From IMG/VR virus record IMGVR_UViG_3300035447_000008: a DNA stretch of 64,000 nt. One strand, 5' to 3'. The notes under the pieces were generated by a model. The model was not told where the DNA came from. It was given only the letters and a program-made list of their open reading frames with translations, and made no database searches. This DNA is from an uncultured virus (IMG/VR IMGVR_UViG_3300035447_000008) (Duplodnaviria > Heunggongvirae > Uroviricota > Caudoviricetes). Below are positions 1 through 10,195 of the stretch, piece after piece. Position numbers and translations under genes: made by a program. Position 1 is the stretch's first letter, and every line of letters starts with the position of its first letter.

Positions 1-161
1 ACGCAATACTTCAAAAGCTTGGCTGCTGTATCAAAGTTTCCTTGGTTCTGAGGACTGCTCACCCGTGCTGCATAAGACAGAATGCCTTCGCTATCTGGAA
101 TAAAATCCAGAACTGGTTGGGTGACACCAACAACACGCACTTTAATAAAATCGTAACTCAA
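1..161 (-). CDS. thyX: Flavin-dependent thymidylate synthase, 5' part (runs off the window)
   Basis: Manual translation from TTG at 161 (GAGGAGG RBS): MSYDFIKVRVVGVTQPVLDFIPDSEGILSYAARVSSPQNQGNFDTAAKLLKYC. The AARVS..KLLKY pattern is typical of ThyX N-termini; dUTPase lies nearby. Confidence 0.8.
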   Translation of the reverse strand, partial: MSYDFIKVRVVGVTQPVLDFIPDSEGILSYAARVSSPQNQGNFDTAAKLLKYC

Positions 162-350
162 TTAAACCTCCTCCCCTAGCACAATATCGACCACACGCTT
201 GTAACAACCCCAATCGGACTCTACGACAACACAGTCTGTGGTCTGTATATTATTATCCCACAAAGTACACCAAAGATTGGCTACTTGATCCTCGTCTAAA
301 CCTTTCAGTTTAACCACAACGTAGCGCTCTTCCAGACGATCATCCATCAC
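162..350 (-). CDS. Hypothetical phage protein
   Basis: ORF with RBS, tightly packed in the minus-strand operon. Confidence 0.7.
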   Translation of the reverse strand: MMDDRLEERYVVVKLKGLDEDQVANLWCTLWDNNIQTTDCVVVESDWGCYKRVVDIVLGEEV

Positions 351-823
351 TTCTTCTCCTCATGCTGTTCCAAAATCTTATCGGCGTAATAACGAATCTT
401 ACCCGTCTCATACTTCATATCATTACCAGCCTTCCCGGCACCAATCTTAATTCCCCAAGCTCGGACAAGACTTTTCATGGCCGTCCCGAAGGAAAAATCA
501 TTGCCGAAGAAAGCACTAATCATCTCTTCTGTCTTAATGTAGCACTTCCCCTCTTTCTGACGTTCGTTGAGAGTGTACAGAAGCCACTCAGCTACGGGAA
601 GATCATAATATGAACTGCTACCACCATCTGATTTGATTGGACCTTTCTTTTCGTCCCCTACAACCACGCACTCTGCTCCAGACAAGCCCCACTCTCTACC
701 GTTGTTAGTGAAATAGTAATAAGCTTGTCCGTGGCCATTAATACACGTCTTCTCAACTTCGTGAGAAGACTCCTTAAACAATCCCATATATTCATAACGA
801 TTAGTCGTTACACGAATCTTCAT
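347..823 (-). CDS. DUF3310/T7 gp1.7-like protein with small N-terminal beta domain
   Basis: GGSSSYY...F.FGTAMKSL.R..GK..ND..YE..KI.YY motif; start placed at MKIRV after GAGGAGG. Confidence 0.5.
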   Translation of the reverse strand: MKIRVTTNRYEYMGLFKESSHEVEKTCINGHGQAYYYFTNNGREWGLSGAECVVVGDEKKGPIKSDGGSSSYYDLPVAEWLLYTLNERQKEGKCYIKTEEMISAFFGNDFSFGTAMKSLVRAWGIKIGAGKAGNDMKYETGKIRYYADKILEQHEEKK

Positions 824-886
824 CTCCATTCCTCCTCTGTTACGTCTGCACAACAATCTTACTTAGATGTGACGAATGTTAGACAT

Positions 887-1426
887 TCAACGTCCCGTCG
901 ATCCTAAGCCTTTGTCTCCACGCTTCGTAGACTTAAGCTCATCTACTTCTTCAAATTCCACTTGCTTTACAGGGATAACCATGCCCTGAGCAATACGTTC
1001 TCCAGCATTAACCTCCAAACCCCAACCCGGCTTATCACAGGCTAATTTAATCATCAATTCTCCACGAAAATCGCTGTCGATCACGGCAACGCAATTAGAA
1101 AGACGCACATCATTCTTAAAACCATGGCCACTACGACTGAAGACTAGCATAACATGATCTTCTGGGATTTCAAATGCAAGACCTGTAGAAAATACATGTG
1201 CTTCACCATGATCTACATCCCCATTAAGATATGTAGAGATGTCAAAACAAGCAGCCCCTTCGGTTGCATAAGTTGGGAGCTTAGCTTCTGGGTACAAACG
1301 TTTTACCTTCAGTTTCAATTCTTTCTCCTCTCTAATCTCTCTTTGGGAATCCTTTCCCTTCCTGTTTGCTTCTGCTAAGAAGTTATCCATGCTGCGTATT
1401 GTTTCATCTTTTCTTTTGTCTGTCAA
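887..1426 (-). CDS. dut: Trimeric dUTPase
   Basis: Motifs AACFDI, FSRSG, VIDSDFRGE, ERIAQG, RGDKGLGSTG. Confidence 0.95.
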   Translation of the reverse strand: MTDKRKDETIRSMDNFLAEANRKGKDSQREIREEKELKLKVKRLYPEAKLPTYATEGAACFDISTYLNGDVDHGEAHVFSTGLAFEIPEDHVMLVFSRSGHGFKNDVRLSNCVAVIDSDFRGELMIKLACDKPGWGLEVNAGERIAQGMVIPVKQVEFEEVDELKSTKRGDKGLGSTGR

Positions 1427-1549
1427 GCACTTACAGATATTTATCCAGAAGATACTTCATAGAGACAAAGCAAGGATCATATCGACCATTCTCTACTTGG
1501 TTCTTCATCACAATGCCTCGCCAGTGACTCTTATAAGTCATTTAATTAG

Positions 1550-2212
1550 TTAATTCTCCTTAATGTAACCTAAATATTTAAGCTCTAAAGCTTCCCTTGC
1601 AGCAACAGCACAATCAAAACTTGAGTGGTTCCCTCCACTATATTTAACTTTGTTCTGGTAAAGGTAAACTCTCCATTTACCGAGCTTGTTGTCAAAACTT
1701 ACGCCTGTTCTACCAGAGGTGTTGTTCTTAAATGTTGCCCTATTCTCAGACTGACGTTGCTCATCTGCCCATACACAATTCTTGGGAGAGTATCCTAGAG
1801 ATGAGTCAAGACGTTCAAGTTCATAGCCTTCAGGGCATTCTCCCATATCCTCTACAAACAATGCAACATCTGACCAACGATCACAAACAGTAATTCCTTT
1901 GTCATAGTAACATTGCTTATCTTTCGTAGAAGCTTTATCTGAGCAGCGGTTATGCATGTGCCAAAAGGCGTTATAAGCCCTCAACCCAGACAGCCCATGT
2001 GTAGAACTCTGTTCAACATTGTAGCAGCCACAGCTAATGCTTGTTCCATTTTTAAGGTGTGCTGCGTGAACCAATCCCTCGTTACCACAAACACAAAGAC
2101 AGTTCCACCTAGCAGCACTTTTACCTGTTGAGGGGTAAATGTAGTTCTCACCTCTGGAGACGATTGTCCACCTACCAAATACATTCCCAGTTAAATCATG
2201 CGTTCTTTGCAC
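1550..2212 (-). CDS. HNH homing endonuclease with AP2-like C-terminus
   Basis: DLTGNVFGRW..CLCVCG N-terminus; LERLDSSLGYSPKNCVWA HNH-like core; NTSGRTGV..W C-terminus. Confidence 0.85.
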   Translation of the reverse strand: MQRTHDLTGNVFGRWTIVSRGENYIYPSTGKSAARWNCLCVCGNEGLVHAAHLKNGTSISCGCYNVEQSSTHGLSGLRAYNAFWHMHNRCSDKASTKDKQCYYDKGITVCDRWSDVALFVEDMGECPEGYELERLDSSLGYSPKNCVWADEQRQSENRATFKNNTSGRTGVSFDNKLGKWRVYLYQNKVKYSGGNHSSFDCAVAAREALELKYLGYIKEN

Positions 2213-3104
2213 CTATCCACCTACCCTCTGAGTTCAAGATCATTGGCTCCAATATTGGTATAGAATCAATCACAACTCCAGTACCAATTATGGGGCGTTT
2301 AATATTCACATTGTTGTAATTGAATGCCAAGGCATCATCATCAATCAGACAACCACACTGCATAGCCCAGAACAAACCGTTTGGATTGCCCCAGTAGTCA
2401 ACCTTAAATGATTCATGGTAATGTCCTTGGATCGCACACATTCCCATCTGCTGGCTGAGTTTAATCACTTCACTCGACTTACCGTGGTGGATGTAACATT
2501 TCTGTCCGTTTGGGAGTGTAATAGTCAGATCAAAAGACCACTTCCAACCACCATCAACACCAAGTACATCGTTATAGCTTTTAATGTAATGCTTAGGGAT
2601 TCCAAAAGTCTTTGCCTTCCGCCACACCAAGCTTCCGTGGTTGGATTCAATAATGTCCATCGTCGGAAACATTTTAAACAGTTCTGCAATAACAGGCAGG
2701 CTTTTCCGCAATTCATCCCCAGCACTCGGCAAGTCAGGGTCACTGTCGTGATAGCTCAGTGCATGTTTATCTAGTTCGTCCCCCAAACAGATTATTCGTG
2801 TAGGGTTGTACTTAGCTTTCAGATGTTTAAGGAAAGCAATCAAATCTGGGTGGTGGTAAGGAATGTGCATATCACTAATAAACAGCACACGGCTGTTGTC
2901 CTCGCCCGCATCCTCCTTGCGGACAGAGAAGGTCTCAGAAGACTTCTTATTATCTACCAAACCCTGGGAGAAAATCTTTCGCAGATAATCACCTACTGTA
3001 CTACGGGGCTTACCTAAATGACGCGCGATCTGCCTCCATGAGATACCTTCCCGTGCAAGAGTCTCTGCCTGTTCCTGCCAACTACTCTCAATCTTCTTCT
3101 TCAA
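2196..3104 (-). CDS. Calcineurin-like metallophosphoesterase with N-terminal HTH
   Basis: SDMH, LGDELD, SNH, HHG, GHYH motifs; N-terminal SWRQIARHLGKPRSTV helix-turn-helix. Confidence 0.9.
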   Translation of the reverse strand: MKKKIESSWQEQAETLAREGISWRQIARHLGKPRSTVGDYLRKIFSQGLVDNKKSSETFSVRKEDAGEDNSRVLFISDMHIPYHHPDLIAFLKHLKAKYNPTRIICLGDELDKHALSYHDSDPDLPSAGDELRKSLPVIAELFKMFPTMDIIESNHGSLVWRKAKTFGIPKHYIKSYNDVLGVDGGWKWSFDLTITLPNGQKCYIHHGKSSEVIKLSQQMGMCAIQGHYHESFKVDYWGNPNGLFWAMQCGCLIDDDALAFNYNNVNIKRPIIGTGVVIDSIPILEPMILNSEGRWIGAKNA

Positions 3105-3551
3105 ACTACACCCCCTCTTTCAGCTTATCAAAATCCAAAAACCGACTAAAGTGCTCAGCTCCAACTTTCCTACTCCCTTCATAGCCAGCAGAACGAGAGA
3201 GAAGAATCTTTTCTTCAAGCTTCTCAAGCTTTAGCATTAGGTTTGTGTAATACGTATTCTGCGAATACCCGTCTTCTTTCATTCTTCATCCCCCATACTC
3301 TTAAGCTCATGTTTGAGCCAATCTCGAAGAGCTTTCAACCCTTGTTCTTCTCCAAGCTCATTGATTAGCTCTTTTGTGTTCACGAGGCACTGGATAAGAG
3401 CATCTTCATACCCAAGCTTATATTGGCATCCCATCACACCACACCAATCTGACTCATAAACACATTAGCAAACACACCAAACTGAACAATCTCTGCAAAG
3501 AACCAACAAGCAAAGAAATTCTCTTTGTCTAGCTCAAGCATCTCTTCATAT

Positions 3552-4103
3552 TTATTCATTTTCTTTCTCCTCCATTAATTTTTCCACAATCTGAACTCTT
3601 CGCTTAGCTGAGTTGCTGGCTGGAATTATGCCATTTTCTTTCAGCCATTGCACATCCTGTTTTTCCTTTTGCAACAATATCGCAGTCTTCTCAGCTCTTG
3701 CCTTTTCTAAAGAGATTCCTTGAGCGTCAGCATAGGATTTGCACTTGTGGCACGTCTTACACAGCAAAGCATAGTCATCAAGAGAGCACTCCCACAACAT
3801 AGCCTGAACAAACGCCCCAATTTCTTCTGAGCTTCGCATACTGTTATGCCCTGCTATGTGGTCACACTCTAAGTCTTTCTGACTAAACCACTCTTTACAT
3901 TCTTCACATTGTCCCATCTTTACTTTAGGGAATCTTTTCTTCGATTTAGGATTGGGATTATCTCTCAGTTCTAAACGAGATTTAAGAAACTCAAGCTTAG
4001 GTCCGTATCTGTTCCAAAGCCCCTTTCGTATTCCTCCACGAACGTAACTAAGCCAAGCAGATTCAGATTTCCATAACTGCGGCCACTGTTCCCAAGGAGT
4101 CAT
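3552..4103 (-). CDS. HNH-type endonuclease of the replication module
   Basis: CEEC..ECDHI..LLCKTCH. Confidence 0.8.
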   Translation of the reverse strand: MTPWEQWPQLWKSESAWLSYVRGGIRKGLWNRYGPKLEFLKSRLELRDNPNPKSKKRFPKVKMGQCEECKEWFSQKDLECDHIAGHNSMRSSEEIGAFVQAMLWECSLDDYALLCKTCHKCKSYADAQGISLEKARAEKTAILLQKEKQDVQWLKENGIIPASNSAKRRVQIVEKLMEEKENE

Positions 4104-5116
4104 ACTTCAATCCCCAGCTTGTCAAATACACTAGGAAGATAAATCCGATCACCGTCCCACCTAAGCATGTGACACATGTCTAGACACTCTTGCATCACAT
4201 ACAGCCAGTCAATTGTAATGTCATCTCCCCGCCAACCCTTCACCACTTTTGTCTCCGGGTACAGATGTTTAAAGACTCCAATAGCAGCTTCAAACAACTC
4301 TTTATCATTCTTGCAATCTACAAGAGCCTTGTAGGCAGACATCTCCCCCCATTTGGTATCTGACATACAATTAGCACGGTAGTTGTCAGAGTCGTCAAGA
4401 CCGCAACATTGCCACATCTTGAACATACGACCATAGCCTCGGACCTTCTTCCCGTTACCAGAGCTGTCTATCCACAGTTTGCCGAAACAATTGGTGCTGA
4501 CAATACCCTCTTCTGGAAGCGTGAAGTTGAAGAGATTACTTCCTGCCCCATAACCATCTTTATCGAGGAGAATACAGAACTCATCCTTCTTGCCATAAGC
4601 TTCCATGTTTATCCTGTCGTCAACTTCGTGGAATGTAACAATCTCCGGCTTAAACTTCTTTTCCATGTAGGCTACAACGTCATCAAACAGCAACGGCTTT
4701 GGCGTGTCTTTGCGAGTGCCCTTATATTCCAACAGAGTGCTCATTTCTACACGAAATGAATCCCCTTTACCGATATAGTAGTTTACTTTATCTGCACCTG
4801 AAGCCTTTACAGCAGAATCTACAGAGAGTTTAACCGAGTGTAAGATATTTGCAATAGGTTCATCTTTTACTTTCTGCTTATCAATAATCTCAAAATCTTC
4901 TGGTTTAAAAGGTTCCAGGTCTTTTTCTTTGCGTTTGGCATTAAGATCACCAAGCCAACCACCTTCTTTCTTTTTGTGGTGCCCCCATAGTTCGGTGCGT
5001 GTCTTGAACTCCTTCTCTCGTCCGCTCTTCTTATGAACTGCAACAATGCTGCGCTCTTCACCAACAGAAGCCAAGCTGTATTTAAATGCGTCCAAGTCGC
5101 AATGTGCTGTTGTCAT
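4100..5116 (-). CDS. 5'-3' exonuclease (T7 gp6/PIN-like)
   Basis: DLD, FR..YKGTR, EVDD, DKD, D.SDNY acidic motifs; replication context. Confidence 0.85.
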   Translation of the reverse strand: MTTAHCDLDAFKYSLASVGEERSIVAVHKKSGREKEFKTRTELWGHHKKKEGGWLGDLNAKRKEKDLEPFKPEDFEIIDKQKVKDEPIANILHSVKLSVDSAVKASGADKVNYYIGKGDSFRVEMSTLLEYKGTRKDTPKPLLFDDVVAYMEKKFKPEIVTFHEVDDRINMEAYGKKDEFCILLDKDGYGAGSNLFNFTLPEEGIVSTNCFGKLWIDSSGNGKKVRGYGRMFKMWQCCGLDDSDNYRANCMSDTKWGEMSAYKALVDCKNDKELFEAAIGVFKHLYPETKVVKGWRGDDITIDWLYVMQECLDMCHMLRWDGDRIYLPSVFDKLGIEV

Positions 5117-5379
5117 CCTCCCTCCTTAAAATATAACCCTTCTTTCTCTAGAAGACTTACTGTAAAACCGCCGTCAAGAAAAGCACCTATCAATTTACGA
5201 GCAACGTTGTGGCAATCTGACTCTCTCCCTCGGTAAAGCTCTTGTTCTCCATCACCTGCATATACAGCATATTTGTGATATCCACCGCTCTTTGTCAGCT
5301 TAACCTGATAACGCAAAGCAGCCAGCTCGTCCATAATCTCGTGTGGATAATCACTGGACATGGACACCTCCTCGGACAC
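5113..5379 (-). CDS. Hypothetical protein
   Basis: ORF in operon. Confidence 0.6.
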   Translation of the reverse strand: MSEEVSMSSDYPHEIMDELAALRYQVKLTKSGGYHKYAVYAGDGEQELYRGRESDCHNVARKLIGAFLDGGFTVSLLEKEGLYFKEGG

Positions 5380-5671
5380 GAGGTGTTACACCTGTTAAAA
5401 GCTCAAATTGATGTGCTGTCTCCTTGACTATCTCACACCAATCATCCGTAACTTCTTGGTAATTTGGAATCTTAAATCCGATAAACCAATCTTCACGATC
5501 TGAGTCATAATAGGGACTTGCGTACTCAAAGTAACACTCAATAACTTCTCCTGCATCATCAAGAGCTTCGTGTTCAGAAGTTTCACCCTGTTCAATAATC
5601 TTCTCAAAGAACTCTTCAAGCTCTCCGTAAGAGCATCCCACCATCAGTTTGCTATCAACATCGATCCCCAT
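5351..5671 (-). CDS. Hypothetical acidic protein
   Basis: ORF with GGAGGAGG RBS. Confidence 0.75.
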   Translation of the reverse strand: MGIDVDSKLMVGCSYGELEEFFEKIIEQGETSEHEALDDAGEVIECYFEYASPYYDSDREDWFIGFKIPNYQEVTDDWCEIVKETAHQFELLTGVTPRVRGGVHVQ

Positions 5672-5719
5672 ATAGCCCTCCTCCTAAAGAGAGGGGCATG
5701 TCTCAGCCCCTTGTGTTTC

Positions 5720-5980
5720 TTAGTTGTTGTACTGAGTCAACTCTTCATATTTGCGGAAGACAGCGGTGGTGGCTTCACGCTTCTCTTCGTAGTCGTTCTT
5801 CGCTTGAAGCTTCGCGGCTGCTGCAATCAGCTTAATATCTTCTTTGCTGATACCTTGAGGATTCTCTTCTTCCGAATACTTGGCATCATCTTTAATCTGC
5901 TTGATATCGTCAGCAATAGTGAGCTTCTGAGATTCAAGATCAACAAGACGATCAAACAATTCTCTCTGGGAAATACTCAT
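5720..5980 (-). CDS. GapR/DUF2312- or T4 DsbA-like dsDNA-binding protein
   Basis: LFDRLVDLESQKLTIADDIKQIKDDAK..GISKEDIK matches the GapR pattern IERIERLEEEK..I..DIK.V..EAK..G. Confidence 0.7.
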   Translation of the reverse strand: MSISQRELFDRLVDLESQKLTIADDIKQIKDDAKYSEEENPQGISKEDIKLIAAAAKLQAKNDYEEKREATTAVFRKYEELTQYNN

Positions 5981-5999
5981 ATCTTTATTTTCTCCTCAA

Positions 6000-6209
6000 T
6001 TAATTAAATACAATTTCTACGTTACCCACTTGACCCTTCTCAATGTCTATCTGAAAAGCTACGCGGTCGAAGTCATCACAGTTAAGCTCTTTCTCAACAA
6101 GAGCATCCATCTTTTCCAGAAGACTGTACACTTTGCTGTCTGGCTTCATATAGCCGATGATACAAGCAAGGATGTAGGCTTCTTCATCTGTAAGGCTAAT
6201 GGTTTTCAT
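6000..6209 (-). CDS. Hypothetical protein
   Basis: ORF with AGGAG RBS. Confidence 0.7.
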   Translation of the reverse strand: MKTISLTDEEAYILACIIGYMKPDSKVYSLLEKMDALVEKELNCDDFDRVAFQIDIEKGQVGNVEIVFN

Positions 6210-6280
6210 CTCATTTCTCCTAAGACAGCCCGCCGTATTTCAGACGGGCTTTGTTTTAAGCTAATTTCTTCGGAATTAGA

Positions 6281-6946
6281 TTAGAACGGAGCGTCTAGCT
6301 CATCTCCGAAAGGATCAACTTCTTCCTGCACAACCTCTTTCTTTGCTTTAGGCTTAGAAGTCTCTTTAGTTGCTTCTTCATAAGCTTTCTCTTGAGCTTC
6401 AGAAGGCTCACGCTCAGGGATGCCACCAAGATCAGCAAGACCACCTTTAACACCGCCAAGTTCATCAAAGCTTGAACTACCGCCAGTTGGCTTGTACTCG
6501 ATCAGTTCATCAACACGAATAGCTTTCAGCTTGGCAAAAGTACCAAAGTCATTACTAACTTCATCAAACTGGGCAACACCTTTAGAACCATTAGCAACTT
6601 TAGTGGTGGCGGTGATATCAACATTACCATCTTCAGTTGCAAGAAGAACACGAGGCTTTGCGTAGTCAGCAATCGGAGTACCATCCTTATACTGAGCCGG
6701 TTTCTTCAGCTTGATTACATACAGCTCATCACCTTCAAAGGGTGGTGCAAACTTGTAAGCACGTTCGAAATCATCACGATCCACCTCCTTAGCTTTCTGC
6801 TTCTGATATTTCTTGTTCCACTCTTTTGCTACAGCTTTCGGAACCACTACATCGACAGAGTATTCTTTCTCTGTTTTCGAGCCATATTTAAAATCGGCTT
6901 GGTCAACTTTGCAGTAGGCGAAAACGGCATCTTTAATAACTGGCAT
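6281..6946 (-). CDS. ssb: Single-stranded DNA-binding protein (T7 gp2.5-like)
   Basis: Beta-rich body, VANGS motif, acidic C-terminal tail ending DELDAPF; near DNA polymerase. Confidence 0.8.
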   Translation of the reverse strand: MPVIKDAVFAYCKVDQADFKYGSKTEKEYSVDVVVPKAVAKEWNKKYQKQKAKEVDRDDFERAYKFAPPFEGDELYVIKLKKPAQYKDGTPIADYAKPRVLLATEDGNVDITATTKVANGSKGVAQFDEVSNDFGTFAKLKAIRVDELIEYKPTGGSSSFDELGGVKGGLADLGGIPEREPSEAQEKAYEEATKETSKPKAKKEVVQEEVDPFGDELDAPF

Positions 6947-7238
6947 AACTATACATCTCCTCTTTGATTAAAATGATTTGTGACATTTTTGGAACGGAAG
7001 TCACACTCCGTTGAAGCTGTGTATTGTTTCAAACTTTTCTCTTTTAGTCAAGAGAATAATTAAATTATTTGCTCTTAAAATACATCGTAGAGCAGACGAA
7101 CAGAAGAACTACAATCACCGCTGGTGCCCACAAAGGAGCAGTGACAACAGCCCAGCTAATCGTAGCAATTCCTGCAAGCTTCAGTCCAAACATAATCAGG
7201 AACATCATTCCCAAAATGAACCACATACTCTGTTCTCC

Positions 7239-7457
7239 TTATTTCTGAATTTTACCAAACAATGACCAATTACCATCACGGAAGTCTCCACGAGGGTCAG
7301 ATTGGCGCTCCGTACCGAATCCGTCTCGTGATCCCACATCATCAAGAAGTCCCTCTAGTAGACCCGCTAAATCTTCAGCGAAGTATTCATCCTCTTTCAC
7401 CAAATCTACAATACGTGGTAGAACAACAATGAGGTTCTTTTGATGCTTCTCCATCAT
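7239..7457 (-). CDS. Hypothetical conserved phage protein
   Basis: ORF with RBS; DGFGTERQSDPRGDFR motif. Confidence 0.7.
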   Translation of the reverse strand: MMEKHQKNLIVVLPRIVDLVKEDEYFAEDLAGLLEGLLDDVGSRDGFGTERQSDPRGDFRDGNWSLFGKIQK

Positions 7458-7634
7458 CCACCCTCCTTATCGTTGAAAGCTATCAAATGAAAGCTTAACA
7501 ATCTTAAATTTAGTGTGTCCATGACGCTTTGCATAACGTAGCTGAGAGCGAGCCTCACGTCTAGTTTCACACAAAGCAATTACATTTCCTTTCTCATCTG
7601 TTGTAGCCCATGCTTTAATCTTTTCAATGTTCAT

Positions 7635-7961
7635 TTAGATTTCCTCCACTTCTTCTGGTTTAAGCCAACTACCATTACCAAGAGCATCTTCCACACGATA
7701 TGGAAGACGGTAGTCCTCTTCATCATATTCCGTGACCGTTACAATGTCTCCGATATCTTGATAGTGGTCTGAGATATCTTTTACAACCCGGTACTGCTTT
7801 CCTACTACAAGCTCTTTCAAAGTTGTCTGATTGTCTTGTTGACCTTTCTCATTAACAACACGCTCATATTCCATGAAATCTTCAAAGGAACCGAAATATA
7901 GAGATGTTGTGACGGAGAGATTTCCGTCTGTTTCAGTGATTGTTTTAGTTACAGATGCCAT
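7635..7961 (-). CDS. Hypothetical protein with C-terminal SH3-like barrel
   Basis: ORF with own TTGACA promoter near 8030 and AGGAG RBS. Confidence 0.75.
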   Translation of the reverse strand: MASVTKTITETDGNLSVTTSLYFGSFEDFMEYERVVNEKGQQDNQTTLKELVVGKQYRVVKDISDHYQDIGDIVTVTEYDEEDYRLPYRVEDALGNGSWLKPEEVEEI

Positions 7962-8050
7962 CTCTTCTCTCCTAAGCCCTCAAGGCTTTCTTGTTAATGT
8001 GTGTACATTGTGAAGCATGTTTTAGGGGTTGTCAAGGGAATTTTTAGAGA

Positions 8051-10135
8051 TTAGTGAATCTCAGCAGCATTTGCACCAACCTTGTACTCCCCGTCCAATT
8101 CTACCTGCATGTTCAACACTTCTCCAGCTTTTTTAATGTAATCAACGATGAGTTGTCCAACCTCTTCAGCAACTTCCGGCTCTGCCTCAAAATCTCCTTG
8201 GTCATGGAAGGCTGCCAACCGCTTAACGACATGTCCCTTGTAATTGTAGTAGGGGCGCCCCATTTCATCAATCTGTAGCCAGCCAAGCTTGTTATCCATA
8301 AAGCAGAGAGCATATGTAATCACTGTAGCACCAAGGCTCTGACCACAAAGATTTACAAGCAAATGCTTAGACCGTACAGATAAAACACGGCCATCTTTGC
8401 CAACAATGTACTTCTTCTGCCCAACACCTTCCCACTGTTTCTCCATCTCTTCTTTGAATTTCTTTAGACCTTCGTTGGCATTCCAGTAATTTTCGTATGC
8501 CACTTTACCGGCCTGCTCTGTCAAATCAAGAGATTTTGTAAACTTCTTAACCGAGGCACCATAGGCCAGCGAATAGGCTCCTGTCTTAGCCTTGTTCCGC
8601 CAAGGCTTGAACTTTGGATCGTCCTTATCAAAATCTGGTGACTTGATATCAAACATTGCTGTCTCTTTTGGAAAAAAGATTGTTGCATTGTATGAGTGAC
8701 TGTCTCCGTTCAGCACCAGATCAGCGAATTTACCATTATCATGCTTGAACGTGTAGTCAGCAACAGTTCTGTTCTCTAGCGCGGCGGCATCTGCTGATAC
8801 ATATTTCATACCTTTATCAACAATGAACAAACTCCTCATCTCATAACCCTTCACAACTTCTGGTGACGCCTTGGGCAAGTTCGTAATACAAGAATGCTTC
8901 ACTCGAAATGTTGGCGTGTACCCAGAAATTTCAGCAGACAACCTCCCGTCAAACTCAAGTCTCCAGTTGTTCAACCACCCAGTAACCACGCTCTTTCGGT
9001 TACGAAGAGAGAGAAAGCGCACAATTCTCTTCGGCAACTCTCCATCAAGCTTCAAGAGGTTAGGACAAATTTTGCCCCCTTCCTGAATCTTTGGACTTGT
9101 TATAATTACTTCTCCCTTGGCATCCCGCATTGGCTTACCGCGTTCGTCTCGCTTGAAGTTCCACATGCTTGGTTTCCATGAACGCTGCATAAACCATTCT
9201 TTAATATCATCGCCGTCCTTAATCTCCATAGGAAGCTGGATATCGAGAAGTTGACCGCCAATTATGTCGTATTCTTTTCCATAGAACTCCCATTTTCCGT
9301 TTTCTTTCTGAACTCCTTCGTGTTTCTCAATCCACTTTTCCATTATAGCCGATAGAGTACCATCCTTACGATACGGCTTTTGGGGCATAGTGTAAAGTTT
9401 CTTTTCACCTTCTTTTAATTTTCGTGGTGGGAGCTGAGGCAGCACTTCCCGTTCAAGCTCATCCATCTCCACATCAATTTCTGCAATAAGCTTCTCTGCC
9501 GCTAGCTTATCAAACAAAATACCTGTGTAGGCTTGCGCAGAATACAAATAGTAATCTTTGTGCAAAGCCTTCGAGGCAGAAGAAAACGAAGCTCCAGCCT
9601 TTGACATTTGGCCATACATGTGACCAGCAACTTTACGAAGATGGTTGTACACGTCAATTGTCAAAGCAACGTCTTGTTCGCAATAAATCCGCATTTCTTC
9701 AGAGTACTTTGAAAAGTCGTGGAAATCAATTTTACTGTTATGTAGCTCCTCTCCCCAAGAGGCCAAGCTGTGTCGGGGACGATCAGGCGATAGAAATTGA
9801 GACAAAACATACAAATCTACAATCTTGCATTTGTGCTTAAAATCTAGCCAATCGTTACCGCCTTTTCCAATATGAAAAGCAATATCCAAATGCTTCCACA
9901 ACATCCAATGGTCGTATCCAATACCGTTATAGGACACAACTGTTGGGCAGTCGCCAAACGAGTTGTGCCAATCCATAAACAAACGCTTGCACTCTTCTTT
10001 ACCTTGTCGAAACGGATAAAGACTCAGTTCTCGTTGTTTGTCTAGACTTTTGAAATGAATAATCCAAACTTTTTGTGACTGGAGGTAGAAATTATCTGCC
10101 TCCATGTCAAACGCATACCCACTAACTTCAGCCAT
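8051..10135 (-). CDS. polA: DNA polymerase, family A (T7-like) with 3'-5' exonuclease
   Basis: Exo I DME, Exo II YNGIGYD, Exo III YCEQD; motif A SADAAALE, B RNKAKTGAYSLAYG, C FHDQ. Confidence 0.95.
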   Translation of the reverse strand: MAEVSGYAFDMEADNFYLQSQKVWIIHFKSLDKQRELSLYPFRQGKEECKRLFMDWHNSFGDCPTVVSYNGIGYDHWMLWKHLDIAFHIGKGGNDWLDFKHKCKIVDLYVLSQFLSPDRPRHSLASWGEELHNSKIDFHDFSKYSEEMRIYCEQDVALTIDVYNHLRKVAGHMYGQMSKAGASFSSASKALHKDYYLYSAQAYTGILFDKLAAEKLIAEIDVEMDELEREVLPQLPPRKLKEGEKKLYTMPQKPYRKDGTLSAIMEKWIEKHEGVQKENGKWEFYGKEYDIIGGQLLDIQLPMEIKDGDDIKEWFMQRSWKPSMWNFKRDERGKPMRDAKGEVIITSPKIQEGGKICPNLLKLDGELPKRIVRFLSLRNRKSVVTGWLNNWRLEFDGRLSAEISGYTPTFRVKHSCITNLPKASPEVVKGYEMRSLFIVDKGMKYVSADAAALENRTVADYTFKHDNGKFADLVLNGDSHSYNATIFFPKETAMFDIKSPDFDKDDPKFKPWRNKAKTGAYSLAYGASVKKFTKSLDLTEQAGKVAYENYWNANEGLKKFKEEMEKQWEGVGQKKYIVGKDGRVLSVRSKHLLVNLCGQSLGATVITYALCFMDNKLGWLQIDEMGRPYYNYKGHVVKRLAAFHDQGDFEAEPEVAEEVGQLIVDYIKKAGEVLNMQVELDGEYKVGANAAEIH

Positions 10136-10195
10136 ACTTCCTCCTGTTTAAATCTTGTCCATTGTTTCAGAAAAAGCAGGAGGCGTCAAGCCCCC

